From NCBI GenBank assembly GCA_016192945.1, contig JACPTE010000034.1, positions 956 through 64,955 of the forward strand: a stretch of DNA of 64,000 nt, written 5' to 3'. Below, in pieces: positions 25,670 through 33,546 of the stretch; positions within the stretch are counted from its first letter, which is position 1; every line of letters begins with the position of its first letter. The position numbers and the translations under genes were made by a program. The notes below the pieces were generated by a model that was given only the letters and a program-made list of their open reading frames with translations, made no database searches and was not told the origin of the DNA. Source of the DNA: Candidatus Woesearchaeota archaeon. GTDB taxonomy: Archaea; Nanobdellota; Nanobdellia; Woesearchaeales; UBA10216.

Positions 25670-27874
25670 TTATCCATCATACTCTGAATCAAGAACCCTC
25701 CTTATCTCCTGAGCTTTCTTGTCACCGATAAGCTCCACCCTCTTAAGCTCTTCTTCAGAAGCGTTGACTATGTTCCTTACAGTCCTGAATTCCCTCAGCA
25801 GAGGCTTTGCAAGGCCCGTTCCTATTGTAGGGAAGCTTGAGATAATGTACTCCTGCTGCTCCCTGACAGATGATGGCTTGCCTTTATGCGGGGTGAAATC
25901 ATTTTTGCCATCTTCCTGCTCCCTCTTTGCAATTGCCATTATAAGCGCTGCTGTTTCAAGCCCGTTTTTTGAGCTCAATATAGGAATCCCGTAGCTCACT
26001 GCTATGGTTGCCAGCATTCCCCTTATGGCATTTGCGTTTACATTCCTGATGCTGAAAATATCTTCTGCGCCTTCAATTATGACTACAGGCCTTTCAAAGC
26101 TTTTTCTCAAATCCTTCATCTGGGTAAGGAGCCTTCCGTCAATGATTGAGTCAACAAAATCCCCTGTTTTCTTCACCTCTATCCCAGCCCTGCTGCTGCA
26201 CACATAATCAGCAGACTCAAGCCTTTGAAGGATAATCTCCGCACTTTCAGACAGCTGCTTTAGAACCTGGGAGCCCTGCTCCCTTGAATCCGCATAGATT
26301 GTTGTTTTTTTCGTGAACCTGTCAAGAGTCTGCTCATTAACTTGCCTTTTACCAGCCTGAACGCCCATTTCATATGGCATGCTTTCCTTCAGCTTACCGA
26401 TGCTGTAGTTCATCTTCTTTTCCTTGTGAAAGGCAACCCACCTGAATGCCTCATCCATAGTGCCTTTTGCCACCAGCACTATAACCCTCCCCTTTTCCTG
26501 CCTTCCGGTCCTGCCCCTCCTCTGGATATGCCTTATCCCAGAGGGTATAGGCTCATAGAATATCACCAGGTCAACCCGCGGTATGTCAAGCCCCTCCTCA
26601 CCTATTGAAGTTGCGCACAGCGCATTGAATTTCCCATCCCTGAAATCATCCAGCATTGCCTTCTGCTCTTTCTGGCTCATGCCTGTATCACCTTTTTTTG
26701 CCTGCCCGACAAAAACACGGGCGGATATTTTCTCAACCCTGTTAAGCTCAGAGGCAATCTTGACAGCAGAATCCCTGTACTGGGTGAAAATGAGCAGTTT
26801 CACATCCCCCTTTTTTGAGATTTCATCTCCGACAATATAGCACAGCTTCCCAAGCTTCGGGTGCTCTGCTCCCTTATCATACAGGATTCCTGTTTTCTGA
26901 ATTGCCAACCTGAAGTCCGGGTCATTTCCAAGGTTTTTGGATGCCCTGCTTTTTTGAGACTCTGAAGAAAACCTCTCAAAATACCTTTGAAGCGGGCTTA
27001 TGCCCTGCGTTTCCAACAGCTCCAGGGCATGATATGCCTTTATGGTCTCTGCTATCATTGATATCGCTGCCCACAAGACAGGGGTTTTCTCGCCCTGGGC
27101 TATCCTTCCATGGAGGCCTGCCTGAACTGACAGAAGCTCCTTTTTGCTCGGCTTTTCAGTTTTCACAACCCCCCACTCAGCCAATTTCCCAATCCTCCCC
27201 TTCAGAATGCTTGCCAGCAGCTTCCTGATTTCCAGAATTTCATCTGTCAGCTCAACTTCAACCCATTCAAACTCAATCTCCCTGATGTAATCGCGCACAT
27301 CAGGGTCTGAATATGTCCTTGCCTCTATTGCCTCAAGGTGAAGGTTGGAGCATAGTTCCCTGATGGACTGCATGTCGCTTCCAGGAGAGGCAGTCAGGGC
27401 AAGAATCCTCCCATGCCTTGCTGATTTATGATACCTGTCTGCAATCCACACATAGCTGTAGTTTCCAACAGCCCTGTGCGCCTCATCAATCCCAAGAAGG
27501 CTTACGTCATCCAGGCTTATCCTGCCTGATATCAAATCGTTCTCAAGCCCCTGCGGAGTGCTGAAAATAATCGTTGACATGCTCCACAGCTCAGCCCTTT
27601 TTTCAGGCGCTATAAACCCTGTCAGGATGCACATCTTCTCAGGGCTTATCTCAAAATGCTCATTGAACACGCTGAAATACTGGTCTATCAACGGCCTTGT
27701 AGGGCCCAAAAAAAGAACCTTTGAATCAGGATATTGCGACAGCCTGTGGGATGCCAGCATCAGGAAAATATTGGTCTTTCCCATGCCAGTAGGAAGCACA
27801 ACAAGGGTGTTCTTCAGTGTGCAGGTGGCAAATATTGCTTCTTGGTAAAGCCTCGGCTGGAAATTCCTTATCAT
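25670..27874 (-). CDS. hef: Hef helicase-nuclease (SF2 helicase, ERCC4 nuclease, HhH2)
   Basis: Helicase motifs I (PTGMGKT) and II (DEAH); HRxGRTGR; C-terminal ERCC4 nuclease (YADSREQ...ERK) and HhH2 (GLAKPLLREF...IGDKKAQEI). Start at internal ATG 27874 (PRLYQE six residues in). Confidence 0.75.
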   Translation of the reverse strand: MIRNFQPRLYQEAIFATCTLKNTLVVLPTGMGKTNIFLMLASHRLSQYPDSKVLFLGPTRPLIDQYFSVFNEHFEISPEKMCILTGFIAPEKRAELWSMSTIIFSTPQGLENDLISGRISLDDVSLLGIDEAHRAVGNYSYVWIADRYHKSARHGRILALTASPGSDMQSIRELCSNLHLEAIEARTYSDPDVRDYIREIEFEWVEVELTDEILEIRKLLASILKGRIGKLAEWGVVKTEKPSKKELLSVQAGLHGRIAQGEKTPVLWAAISMIAETIKAYHALELLETQGISPLQRYFERFSSESQKSRASKNLGNDPDFRLAIQKTGILYDKGAEHPKLGKLCYIVGDEISKKGDVKLLIFTQYRDSAVKIASELNRVEKISARVFVGQAKKGDTGMSQKEQKAMLDDFRDGKFNALCATSIGEEGLDIPRVDLVIFYEPIPSGIRHIQRRGRTGRQEKGRVIVLVAKGTMDEAFRWVAFHKEKKMNYSIGKLKESMPYEMGVQAGKRQVNEQTLDRFTKKTTIYADSREQGSQVLKQLSESAEIILQRLESADYVCSSRAGIEVKKTGDFVDSIIDGRLLTQMKDLRKSFERPVVIIEGAEDIFSIRNVNANAIRGMLATIAVSYGIPILSSKNGLETAALIMAIAKREQEDGKNDFTPHKGKPSSVREQQEYIISSFPTIGTGLAKPLLREFRTVRNIVNASEEELKRVELIGDKKAQEIRRVLDSEYDG

Positions 27875-27916
27875 GGCGCCTGCGAAGGAAAGTGAATATA
27901 TAATTCTTATCAAGCA

Positions 27917-28261
27917 TCATGCCTTAAGCAGCTTCCTGCTAAATGCCTGGTATGACGCCATGTTGCCTGCTATAAAGATAACGGCAAGAATCCACTGATT
28001 TGCAGCCCTGTTCCCTGCGAGGTATCCTATCACAAAACCCCCTGAGAGTATTACATAATGAGTCAAAAAGTCCCTCTTATAGTTGTACAAGAAGGTCCCT
28101 GAAACCAGGCTCAACAGGAAGAGCACAACATAGCTCACCAGTACGCTCTTGATGAGATATCCTATTAGGGCTCCTGCTGCTATTAAAACTATGAAAGATA
28201 CCTCTACCCATGCACCGAGTATTTCAAAGCCCTTCTTTCCATTGGCGAAATCCAGGCTCAT
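27917..28261 (-). CDS. small membrane protein (hypothetical, 3-4 TM)
   Basis: 114 aa, hydrophobic helices, directly upstream of and co-directional with hef. Confidence 0.3.
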   Translation of the reverse strand: MSLDFANGKKGFEILGAWVEVSFIVLIAAGALIGYLIKSVLVSYVVLFLLSLVSGTFLYNYKRDFLTHYVILSGGFVIGYLAGNRAANQWILAVIFIAGNMASYQAFSRKLLKA

Positions 28262-28322
28262 TAGCAGGAAATACTTATTACGGCATTGTTAATTTATAAA
28301 TCTTTTCCAGAATTCCCAGATA

Positions 28323-29060
28323 TCACAGGTGCTTCTCTATCAGGAAGTAAAATCCGAGCCACAAGACAAGGGCAGCCAGGATTGCCCCAAGAGCCACAAC
28401 CCACCATGCAAAGCCCTTCCACATGAATATTGATATCCCAATCATCGCCCCGTATGAGAGAAAGTAGAGCCACCTGCTTGTGTACAGGACCTGAGGCCCA
28501 TCAAGGCCAGGGATTGGCAGCATGTTTGTAAGCGCAAAAATGATGTTTACAAGAACTATCTTGCTGGTAAGCTCAGGGGGCAGGAACTCAAACGTCTTGA
28601 AGAGAATGGCAACGAGCATATTTGCAACAGGGCCCATAAGCGAGACTGTGCCGAGATGAAAATAGCCGAGCTGATACCTGAAATAGCCAAGCCTGTGCTT
28701 CTCCAGCATATTCAGCATCACGCCGCTGTAAGCAAGGAATACTATCTTGCCGTATGACATCACGCTAAGAACCAGGCCCGCAATCAAACCATAAAAGAAA
28801 GGCTTGAAAATGACCTTGTAGCCCTGTTCCAGCCCAATCAGCCTATGGGCAGTCTCATGGGCCAGGACAGCTATTGTCACAGCCACCAGGCATATAAGCA
28901 GGTTCCCCATCCAAAGGCTGAACACAAAAGTATCACGCCCATCATTAAAGCCCACTATGAATGCCATTACAGGTATTGAGATAAGAAGCCACTTAAGCTC
29001 ATTGCTGCTGAATGCAAAATACCGCTTTACCTTATCTATCCAGTTATAAGGGTCAATCAC
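28323..29060 (-). CDS. M50-family (site-2 protease-like) intramembrane metalloprotease
   Basis: HETAHRL (HExxH) within a TM helix and NMLPIPGLDG (LDG motif) in a later helix. Confidence 0.6.
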   Translation of the reverse strand: MIDPYNWIDKVKRYFAFSSNELKWLLISIPVMAFIVGFNDGRDTFVFSLWMGNLLICLVAVTIAVLAHETAHRLIGLEQGYKVIFKPFFYGLIAGLVLSVMSYGKIVFLAYSGVMLNMLEKHRLGYFRYQLGYFHLGTVSLMGPVANMLVAILFKTFEFLPPELTSKIVLVNIIFALTNMLPIPGLDGPQVLYTSRWLYFLSYGAMIGISIFMWKGFAWWVVALGAILAALVLWLGFYFLIEKHL

Positions 29061-29105
29061 AAAACATCACTGCAAGGCTCATGGCTTCCGGGTTTTTAAA
29101 TCCTT

Positions 29106-29113
29106 CTTTTTCG
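29106..29113. repeat. left 8-bp target-site duplication CTTTTTCG
   Basis: Identical octamer abuts the right TIR at 32391..32398. Confidence 0.65.
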
Positions 29114-29126
29114 TGGGCTGTTAAGT
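29114..29126. repeat. left terminal inverted repeat TGGGCTGTTAAGT
   Basis: Exact reverse complement of 32378..32390; GGGCTGTT core resembles IS26 IR GGCACTGTT. Confidence 0.7.
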
Positions 29127-29200
29127 TGTCTGGATATAGCGGGGCTTTATTCCGATAATTTAGTGGTCAAAAATCAATATTTTGATTGGAGGCTGGAAAG

Positions 29201-29323
29201 ATGAAAAATGACAAAGATTTAAATATACTCGGTAGTGATGAACCAATTGAAATGGTGAGAAGGAAACCGAAAAGGAGAAGAAAAATAAGAAGAGGATTGT
29301 TTGATGTTATTTTCAGATGGTAG
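29201..29323 (+). CDS. small basic protein (40 aa, MKNDKDLNILGSDEPIEMVRRKPKRRRKIRRGLFDVIFRW), hypothetical
   Basis: ATG preceded by GGAGG about 12 nt upstream; Arg/Lys-rich C-terminal half; lies just inside the left TIR; not in the ORF track (under 60 aa). Confidence 0.25.
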   Translation: MKNDKDLNILGSDEPIEMVRRKPKRRRKIRRGLFDVIFRW

Positions 29324-29329
29324 ATAAAC

Positions 29330-29863
29330 GTGAAAATTAACATCATTAAAGAATTTGAATATTATAAAGATTCTGTTAATGATGTTAGGTTGCTTCTTAA
29401 AACTAATTATGGTGTTATTTATGATGATTTTGATGAACCTTTTAATAAATTAATTCGGAAAGCAAAATATTCACGAATTTCGGGGAAAGATTTGTCAGAA
29501 ATTAAAGAATTATGTTTTGATTATTGGGAAAATTTGATTAAAGAAGTATCTTTCCCTATGAAAGATAGAATAAAATCCGTCAAAACTAAAAATCAAAGTT
29601 TTTTAGATATTTTGTTGAAAATTCAAGAAATTGAAAAAGATGTAGAAAAAAATCCTCACACTATTGAGGAATATCAACAGATATACGAAAATACGATAGA
29701 TTTAGCCTTAAAATTGAGTGATAGATTAGAAGTTGAGAAATTTCAAAATAAGCGGTATTGGCAAGGAATTTGGTTAAGTGGCTTAACAGGAACGATAATA
29801 GGGTTAATCATAGGATACCTTTTAAATATCTTAGTGATTATTCTTTCATCAATATACAGATGA
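29330..29863 (+). CDS. hypothetical protein with C-terminal TM anchor (element cargo)
   Basis: 177 aa, GTG start, very AT-rich codon usage, single C-terminal hydrophobic helix; no family recognised. Confidence 0.4.
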   Translation: MKINIIKEFEYYKDSVNDVRLLLKTNYGVIYDDFDEPFNKLIRKAKYSRISGKDLSEIKELCFDYWENLIKEVSFPMKDRIKSVKTKNQSFLDILLKIQEIEKDVEKNPHTIEEYQQIYENTIDLALKLSDRLEVEKFQNKRYWQGIWLSGLTGTIIGLIIGYLLNILVIILSSIYR

Positions 29864-30739
29864 CTTAATCAATCCTAACCATCTGTTTATTCCTGTTTCT
29901 ATTTTTACTCCTGCTAATTCGCAGGGCACTTTTCCTATTGTCGTATGACTTTCAATATAGTTGTGTTGTATTATTATTCCTTGCATCAGTATCGGCGCAC
30001 TCCACAGAGCTTTCAATCCTCTAAAGTCATCAACTCTGTCTTTTATTTTGCTAAATACTGTTTCTATCCTTACATTATGCTTTCCTGTTTTGCTGACATT
30101 GTTTACCCTGTGTTCAACTGTCAATGCTCCCTTTATTCCTATTTTGTTTGTGTAAAATAGTTTGTGCATTGCTTTTGGGTAGAATTGTGCAGCATCTGAC
30201 TGAATATATTTCAGCTTACCATACGCAGTCGTTCTCTTTAGGAAAATTATTGCTTCATTCACACTCTGATTTAGTGGTCTCTATAAGGTTGCGTTTATGT
30301 ATCGTGTTCTCCAATCAACAGAACACCAAAACTTATCCCCACCTTTCTTTTTTGTGTTGTAACCTCTTGGAATGTCTGTTTCATCAACATAAAGCTCCCC
30401 GCTTAATTCAGGCTTCAAAGTTTCTACAAACTTGGTTACTTTAAGGACATACTTTCTGCACCAATCCAAGACGCTTACGTGGCTTGTTTTGATGCCTTCA
30501 TGCCTTCTGTAGTGGTTTCTTACCTTTCGGCTTGAAAGGTTGCTGAAATACAAATCTATGGCTTTGGTTACTACTTGTTCGTTGTTCTTCATCTTCCAGA
30601 AGCCCAAATCCTGAATAAAGGTCTTTTTACATGGTTTGCATAGGTATATCTGTTGTTTGCCCCTATTTTGCGTTGGGCTTACTCCACGCTTTACGACCTT
30701 TGTGCCTTTGCACTTAGGACATTTTATTTGCATTTCCAT
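29849..30739 (-). pseudogene. IS6-family DDE transposase with N-terminal zinc finger, disrupted by a frameshift near 30262..30285
   Basis: N-terminal ORF 30281..30739 has CPKCKG...CKPCKK and DDE D1/D2 context (YVDETDIP...KFWCSVDWRTRYI, aligning with IS26 MDETYVKV...YRAVDSRGRTVDF). C-terminal ORF 29849..30262 continues in another frame (TTAYGKLKYIQSDAAQFYPKAM, aligning with INTDKAPAY). Confidence 0.7.
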
Positions 30740-30744
30740 AGCTA

Positions 30745-30851
30745 TTAGGTATCTAAAGAAGTATATGAATATTCAGATACCTAAAAGATACTAAACCAAA
30801 CTGCATTTTTAGATACCAAAATCTTTATATATTAGTTAGGTATCTAATAGG
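30745..30851. promoter_or_regulatory. array of four TAGGTATCTAA / TTAGATACC operator-like sites flanking the divergent transposase and abrB-like promoters
   Basis: Sites at 30745..30758 (TTAGGTATCTAAAG), 30774..30787 (CAGATACCTAAAAG), 30809..30821 (TTAGATACCAAAA), 30837..30851 (TTAGGTATCTAATAG). Pairs are inverted and bracket TATA-like boxes at about 30760..30768 (transposase) and 30824..30831 (abrB-like). Confidence 0.5.
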
Positions 30852-30854
30852 CTA

Positions 30855-31049
30855 ATGAGGCTTCTATCTCAAAAAAGCAGGGAATACAAAGGCAAAGCAT
30901 ATCACAAGTTCTGGATAGTAGTCCCCAGCAAGCTTTTGCATAAGTTGGGCTGGAAGGCTGGCGACCAATTGGAAGCAGAAGCAAAGAATAATAAACTCGT
31001 TATAACTAAAGAAGACAAAACAAGAGTAGAACTTGTAAAAGCAAAATAG
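30855..31049 (+). CDS. AbrB/SpoVT swapped-hairpin-like small DNA-binding protein (putative element regulator or antitoxin)
   Basis: 64 aa; KFWIVVPSKLLHKLGWKAGDQLEAEAKNNKLVITKED resembles AbrB/MazE-type looped-hinge-helix domains; leaderless, TATA 27 nt upstream. Confidence 0.45.
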   Translation: MRLLSQKSREYKGKAYHKFWIVVPSKLLHKLGWKAGDQLEAEAKNNKLVITKEDKTRVELVKAK

Positions 31050-31050
31050 A

Positions 31051-31314
31051 ATGGAACAAACCAAATTATCAAAATACAAGGTAAAGGATTTAATTGAAAG
31101 ACCAGAAAAAGTACTAGAAGACACAAATCCAGAAGAGTATAGATTATTAACCAACCCCTTACTATCAGAGCACGGAATAAAGAAAGAATTTCAATCATTT
31201 AAGACTAACATTCTTCTTGAAAAACTGTTAAATGACCAATATAGGACATTTTTACTGAGTTTATTTTTTTTAATTGTGGCTTTGGTGACACTATATTTTA
31301 CAATTAAAAAATAA
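31051..31314 (+). CDS. hypothetical small protein with C-terminal TM helix, translationally coupled to the abrB-like gene
   Basis: 87 aa; start 2 nt after the upstream stop; C-terminal hydrophobic helix FLLSLFFLIVALVTLYF. Confidence 0.35.
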   Translation: MEQTKLSKYKVKDLIERPEKVLEDTNPEEYRLLTNPLLSEHGIKKEFQSFKTNILLEKLLNDQYRTFLLSLFFLIVALVTLYFTIKK

Positions 31315-31322
31315 ATGATGTT

Positions 31323-31336
31323 GACTTAACAGCCCA
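31323..31336. repeat. internal third copy of the IR (GACTTAACAGCCCA), same orientation as the right TIR
   Basis: 14/14 identical to 32377..32390. Confidence 0.6.
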
Positions 31337-31412
31337 AAAAGTTGAGTTGAAGAACAGGACAAGATTTAGAATCAGAAAATGAAAGATGGGAAGTTGATTA
31401 TAGTAAGAGGGG

Positions 31413-32069
31413 TTGATATATATGCAGATAAAAGACCTTGTTACTAATAATAAGAAAAGCATCGTTTTTAACATGGACTTATTGGAGAAACCTTATTTGC
31501 AATACATCCAATTAGGAGGTCTGGCTGAGAAAATATTTAGTGATTACTGCCAAAAAAATGGGCTACAAGTTATAGGCATGGGCGAATTTGCCTACCGATT
31601 ACTTCTTTACGGTAGGAATAATGCTCCAAAGGGCGAATTTCCTTGGTACGATCGATATGGAAAAAGAACCTTTAAGAAAAAGAAAATCGACCAGTTTATG
31701 GCTATGTTTACCGAAGAGCAAATAAGATTTTTAGAAGAAAACCATCAATCGTTAGAGTATAGTATAAACAACAAAATCGTAGGTTTGCCTGATTTTTTTG
31801 TGTGGGATGATAATGGAAGGTTTGCATTTATAGAACTTAAATCTGGCTCCTCAACGCTTAGCACAAGACAAAGAAATGTTTTAAAGAAATTAACAGTCCT
31901 CTTCCCAGTATATGTTTGCCATATTTCTTGTGATGTTGTTCTTAAAGATTTACAAATAGAAAATATAGATTTTGGCTTTGTTTCTATTAACAAAGAATTT
32001 GAATTTGACAAGGGTGCTATAGTAGAGGAAAATTTATATGCACAAGCCCACAAAAGAGAAAATAGGTGA
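31413..32069 (+). CDS. VRR-NUC domain (PD-(D/E)XK) nuclease with unknown N-terminal domain
   Basis: GLPDFFVWDDNGRFAFIELKSGSSTLSTRQRNVLKKL matches the VRR-NUC pattern GxPD...hhhE.K....Ls..Q...h..L. Confidence 0.55.
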   Translation: MIYMQIKDLVTNNKKSIVFNMDLLEKPYLQYIQLGGLAEKIFSDYCQKNGLQVIGMGEFAYRLLLYGRNNAPKGEFPWYDRYGKRTFKKKKIDQFMAMFTEEQIRFLEENHQSLEYSINNKIVGLPDFFVWDDNGRFAFIELKSGSSTLSTRQRNVLKKLTVLFPVYVCHISCDVVLKDLQIENIDFGFVSINKEFEFDKGAIVEENLYAQAHKRENR

Positions 32070-32237
32070 TGCGGAGAGGATTGACATGAATGATTTGACC
32101 GAAATGAGCACAGATATTTTAGATGTAAGAATTAAAAAGTTTGAAGCTGATATTAAGAATGTTACACGAAGAGAAGATTGGGATTACTATTTTGACTTAC
32201 TTTGCTGGAAGGCACAACTTAAGAAGATGTTGATGTG

Positions 32238-32360
32238 ATGATAATGAAACCTCAATTTAAAGGGATGCCTAAATGTAGAAAATGTGGCGGGAACACTATG
32301 GCGGTATCTGGCACAAAAACAGAATGCCAAAGTTGCGGATTTGTTCAAAGTTTTGAATAA
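32238..32360 (+). CDS. small zinc-ribbon protein (40 aa, CRKCGG...CQSCG)
   Basis: ATG right after the upstream stop; two CxxC pairs; not in the ORF track (under 60 aa). The listed 32284..32661 ORF is in another frame and antisense to trpS. Confidence 0.3.
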   Translation: MIMKPQFKGMPKCRKCGGNTMAVSGTKTECQSCGFVQSFE

Positions 32361-32377
32361 AAAACAATATCCAATAG

Positions 32378-32390
32378 ACTTAACAGCCCA
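32378..32390. repeat. right terminal inverted repeat ACTTAACAGCCCA
   Basis: Reverse complement of 29114..29126, followed by the TSD. Confidence 0.7.
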
Positions 32391-32398
32391 CTTTTTCG
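32391..32398. repeat. right 8-bp target-site duplication CTTTTTCG
   Basis: Identical to 29106..29113; lies 3 nt from the trpS stop codon. Confidence 0.65.
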
Positions 32399-32400
32399 GT

Positions 32401-33522
32401 TCAGTCTCTTATGATAAACTTATCAAGGACTTTCCTTGCCTTCTCCCTGTTCTCCTGGTGCTTTTTGAGAAATGCAGACAGCTTTTCAATCAGTATCTGC
32501 TTCAGCTCTCCTGTAAGCAAAGCGCCTGTCTTGTAATCATCATAAATATTCCTGAGCTTTTCATCACTCTCCTCAAAAAAGGTGAGCCACTGGTAGCTTA
32601 CGTCAATGTCAGGGTTGCCTCCCTTCCTCCGATGCTCATCTATCGTGTCGCGGCCCCCTGAAAATGCGTAACGCCTTATCTTCCTCTCAGCAATCTCTGG
32701 GGCGTCAGTAGTGTAGATGGCTGTTTCAGCCACTGACGCAGACATCTTCCCCCCAGGCCCTGTCAATGGCGGGAGGAACCTGCAGTGGATAGAGGCTGGC
32801 TTGTAATATCCGAGCTTTGGCGCAATATCCCTCGTGACCCTGAAATGGGCATCCTGGTCTATTGCGTGCGGTATGAGGCATGGCACGTTTTTCCCCTTAA
32901 GCACTGATGGAAGGAATGACGGGACACTCTGGACTGACGTGAAGAAAAGCTGGCCGACATTGTTGCTGTCATTGAAGCCGAATACAGCCTTTGCTGTTGA
33001 CACTGTGAGCTTCCTGGCAACCCTTAGCGACTGCCTGTACAGGGTTTTGGCATAGTCTATATCCGAGAAAATGAACGTCTTTCCCTGCCTGAAGCCAAGA
33101 GCAATAACATCAAGAGCGTTTTCATACGCAAGCTTGTTTACTTCCTCAAGCTCAAGCCTCTCATTGAAAAGGTATTTCTCATCATCAGTCATCTGGAACC
33201 AAAGCTCTGCATCAAACTTGTCCTGAAGCCACTTTGTGAAAATCCAGGGAACAAGGTGGCCGATGTGCGTGTTGCCGCTCGGGCCCCTTCCTGTATAAAG
33301 ATAGAACTTGTTGCCCTTTTCGTACTCATCCAGAATCCAGTTCAGGTCTCGGTGGGAGAAGAAGATTTTCCTTCTCAGGAAGTGGTGCAGCTCTCCGGCG
33401 TGCTTCTTAATCCTCTGAAGAATCTCGTCATTGACAGGCTCTGTCCCGAAATCCTTTATCAGCCGGTTATAGTCTATATCCCCCTCAACTTTCCAGGGGG
33501 TGACTGTGAAGCTCTTTTCCAT
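32401..33522 (-). CDS. trpS: tryptophan--tRNA ligase (archaeal/eukaryotic type)
   Basis: Class I HIGH-like (PSGNTHIGHLVPW) and KMSAS motifs; 25 nt downstream of trpA in the same orientation. Confidence 0.9.
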   Translation of the reverse strand: MEKSFTVTPWKVEGDIDYNRLIKDFGTEPVNDEILQRIKKHAGELHHFLRRKIFFSHRDLNWILDEYEKGNKFYLYTGRGPSGNTHIGHLVPWIFTKWLQDKFDAELWFQMTDDEKYLFNERLELEEVNKLAYENALDVIALGFRQGKTFIFSDIDYAKTLYRQSLRVARKLTVSTAKAVFGFNDSNNVGQLFFTSVQSVPSFLPSVLKGKNVPCLIPHAIDQDAHFRVTRDIAPKLGYYKPASIHCRFLPPLTGPGGKMSASVAETAIYTTDAPEIAERKIRRYAFSGGRDTIDEHRRKGGNPDIDVSYQWLTFFEESDEKLRNIYDDYKTGALLTGELKQILIEKLSAFLKKHQENREKARKVLDKFIIRD

Positions 33523-33546
33523 GCCTGCTAAACCCTTCGCATGTTT

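Larger units (their letters stand above)
29114..32390. mobile_element. IS6-type transposon-like element (about 3.28 kb) with cargo genes
   Basis: 13-bp terminal inverted repeats TGGGCTGTTAAGT (29114..29126) and ACTTAACAGCCCA (32378..32390) flanked by identical 8-bp direct repeats CTTTTTCG (29106..29113 and 32391..32398); contains an IS6-family DDE transposase; AT-rich relative to the flanks. Confidence 0.7.

Noticed and set aside
32284-32661. 125-aa plus-strand ORF listed in the track
   Set aside because: Starts inside the small Zn-ribbon ORF in another frame, runs across the element's right IR/TSD and is antisense to the 3' end of trpS; no recognisable features.
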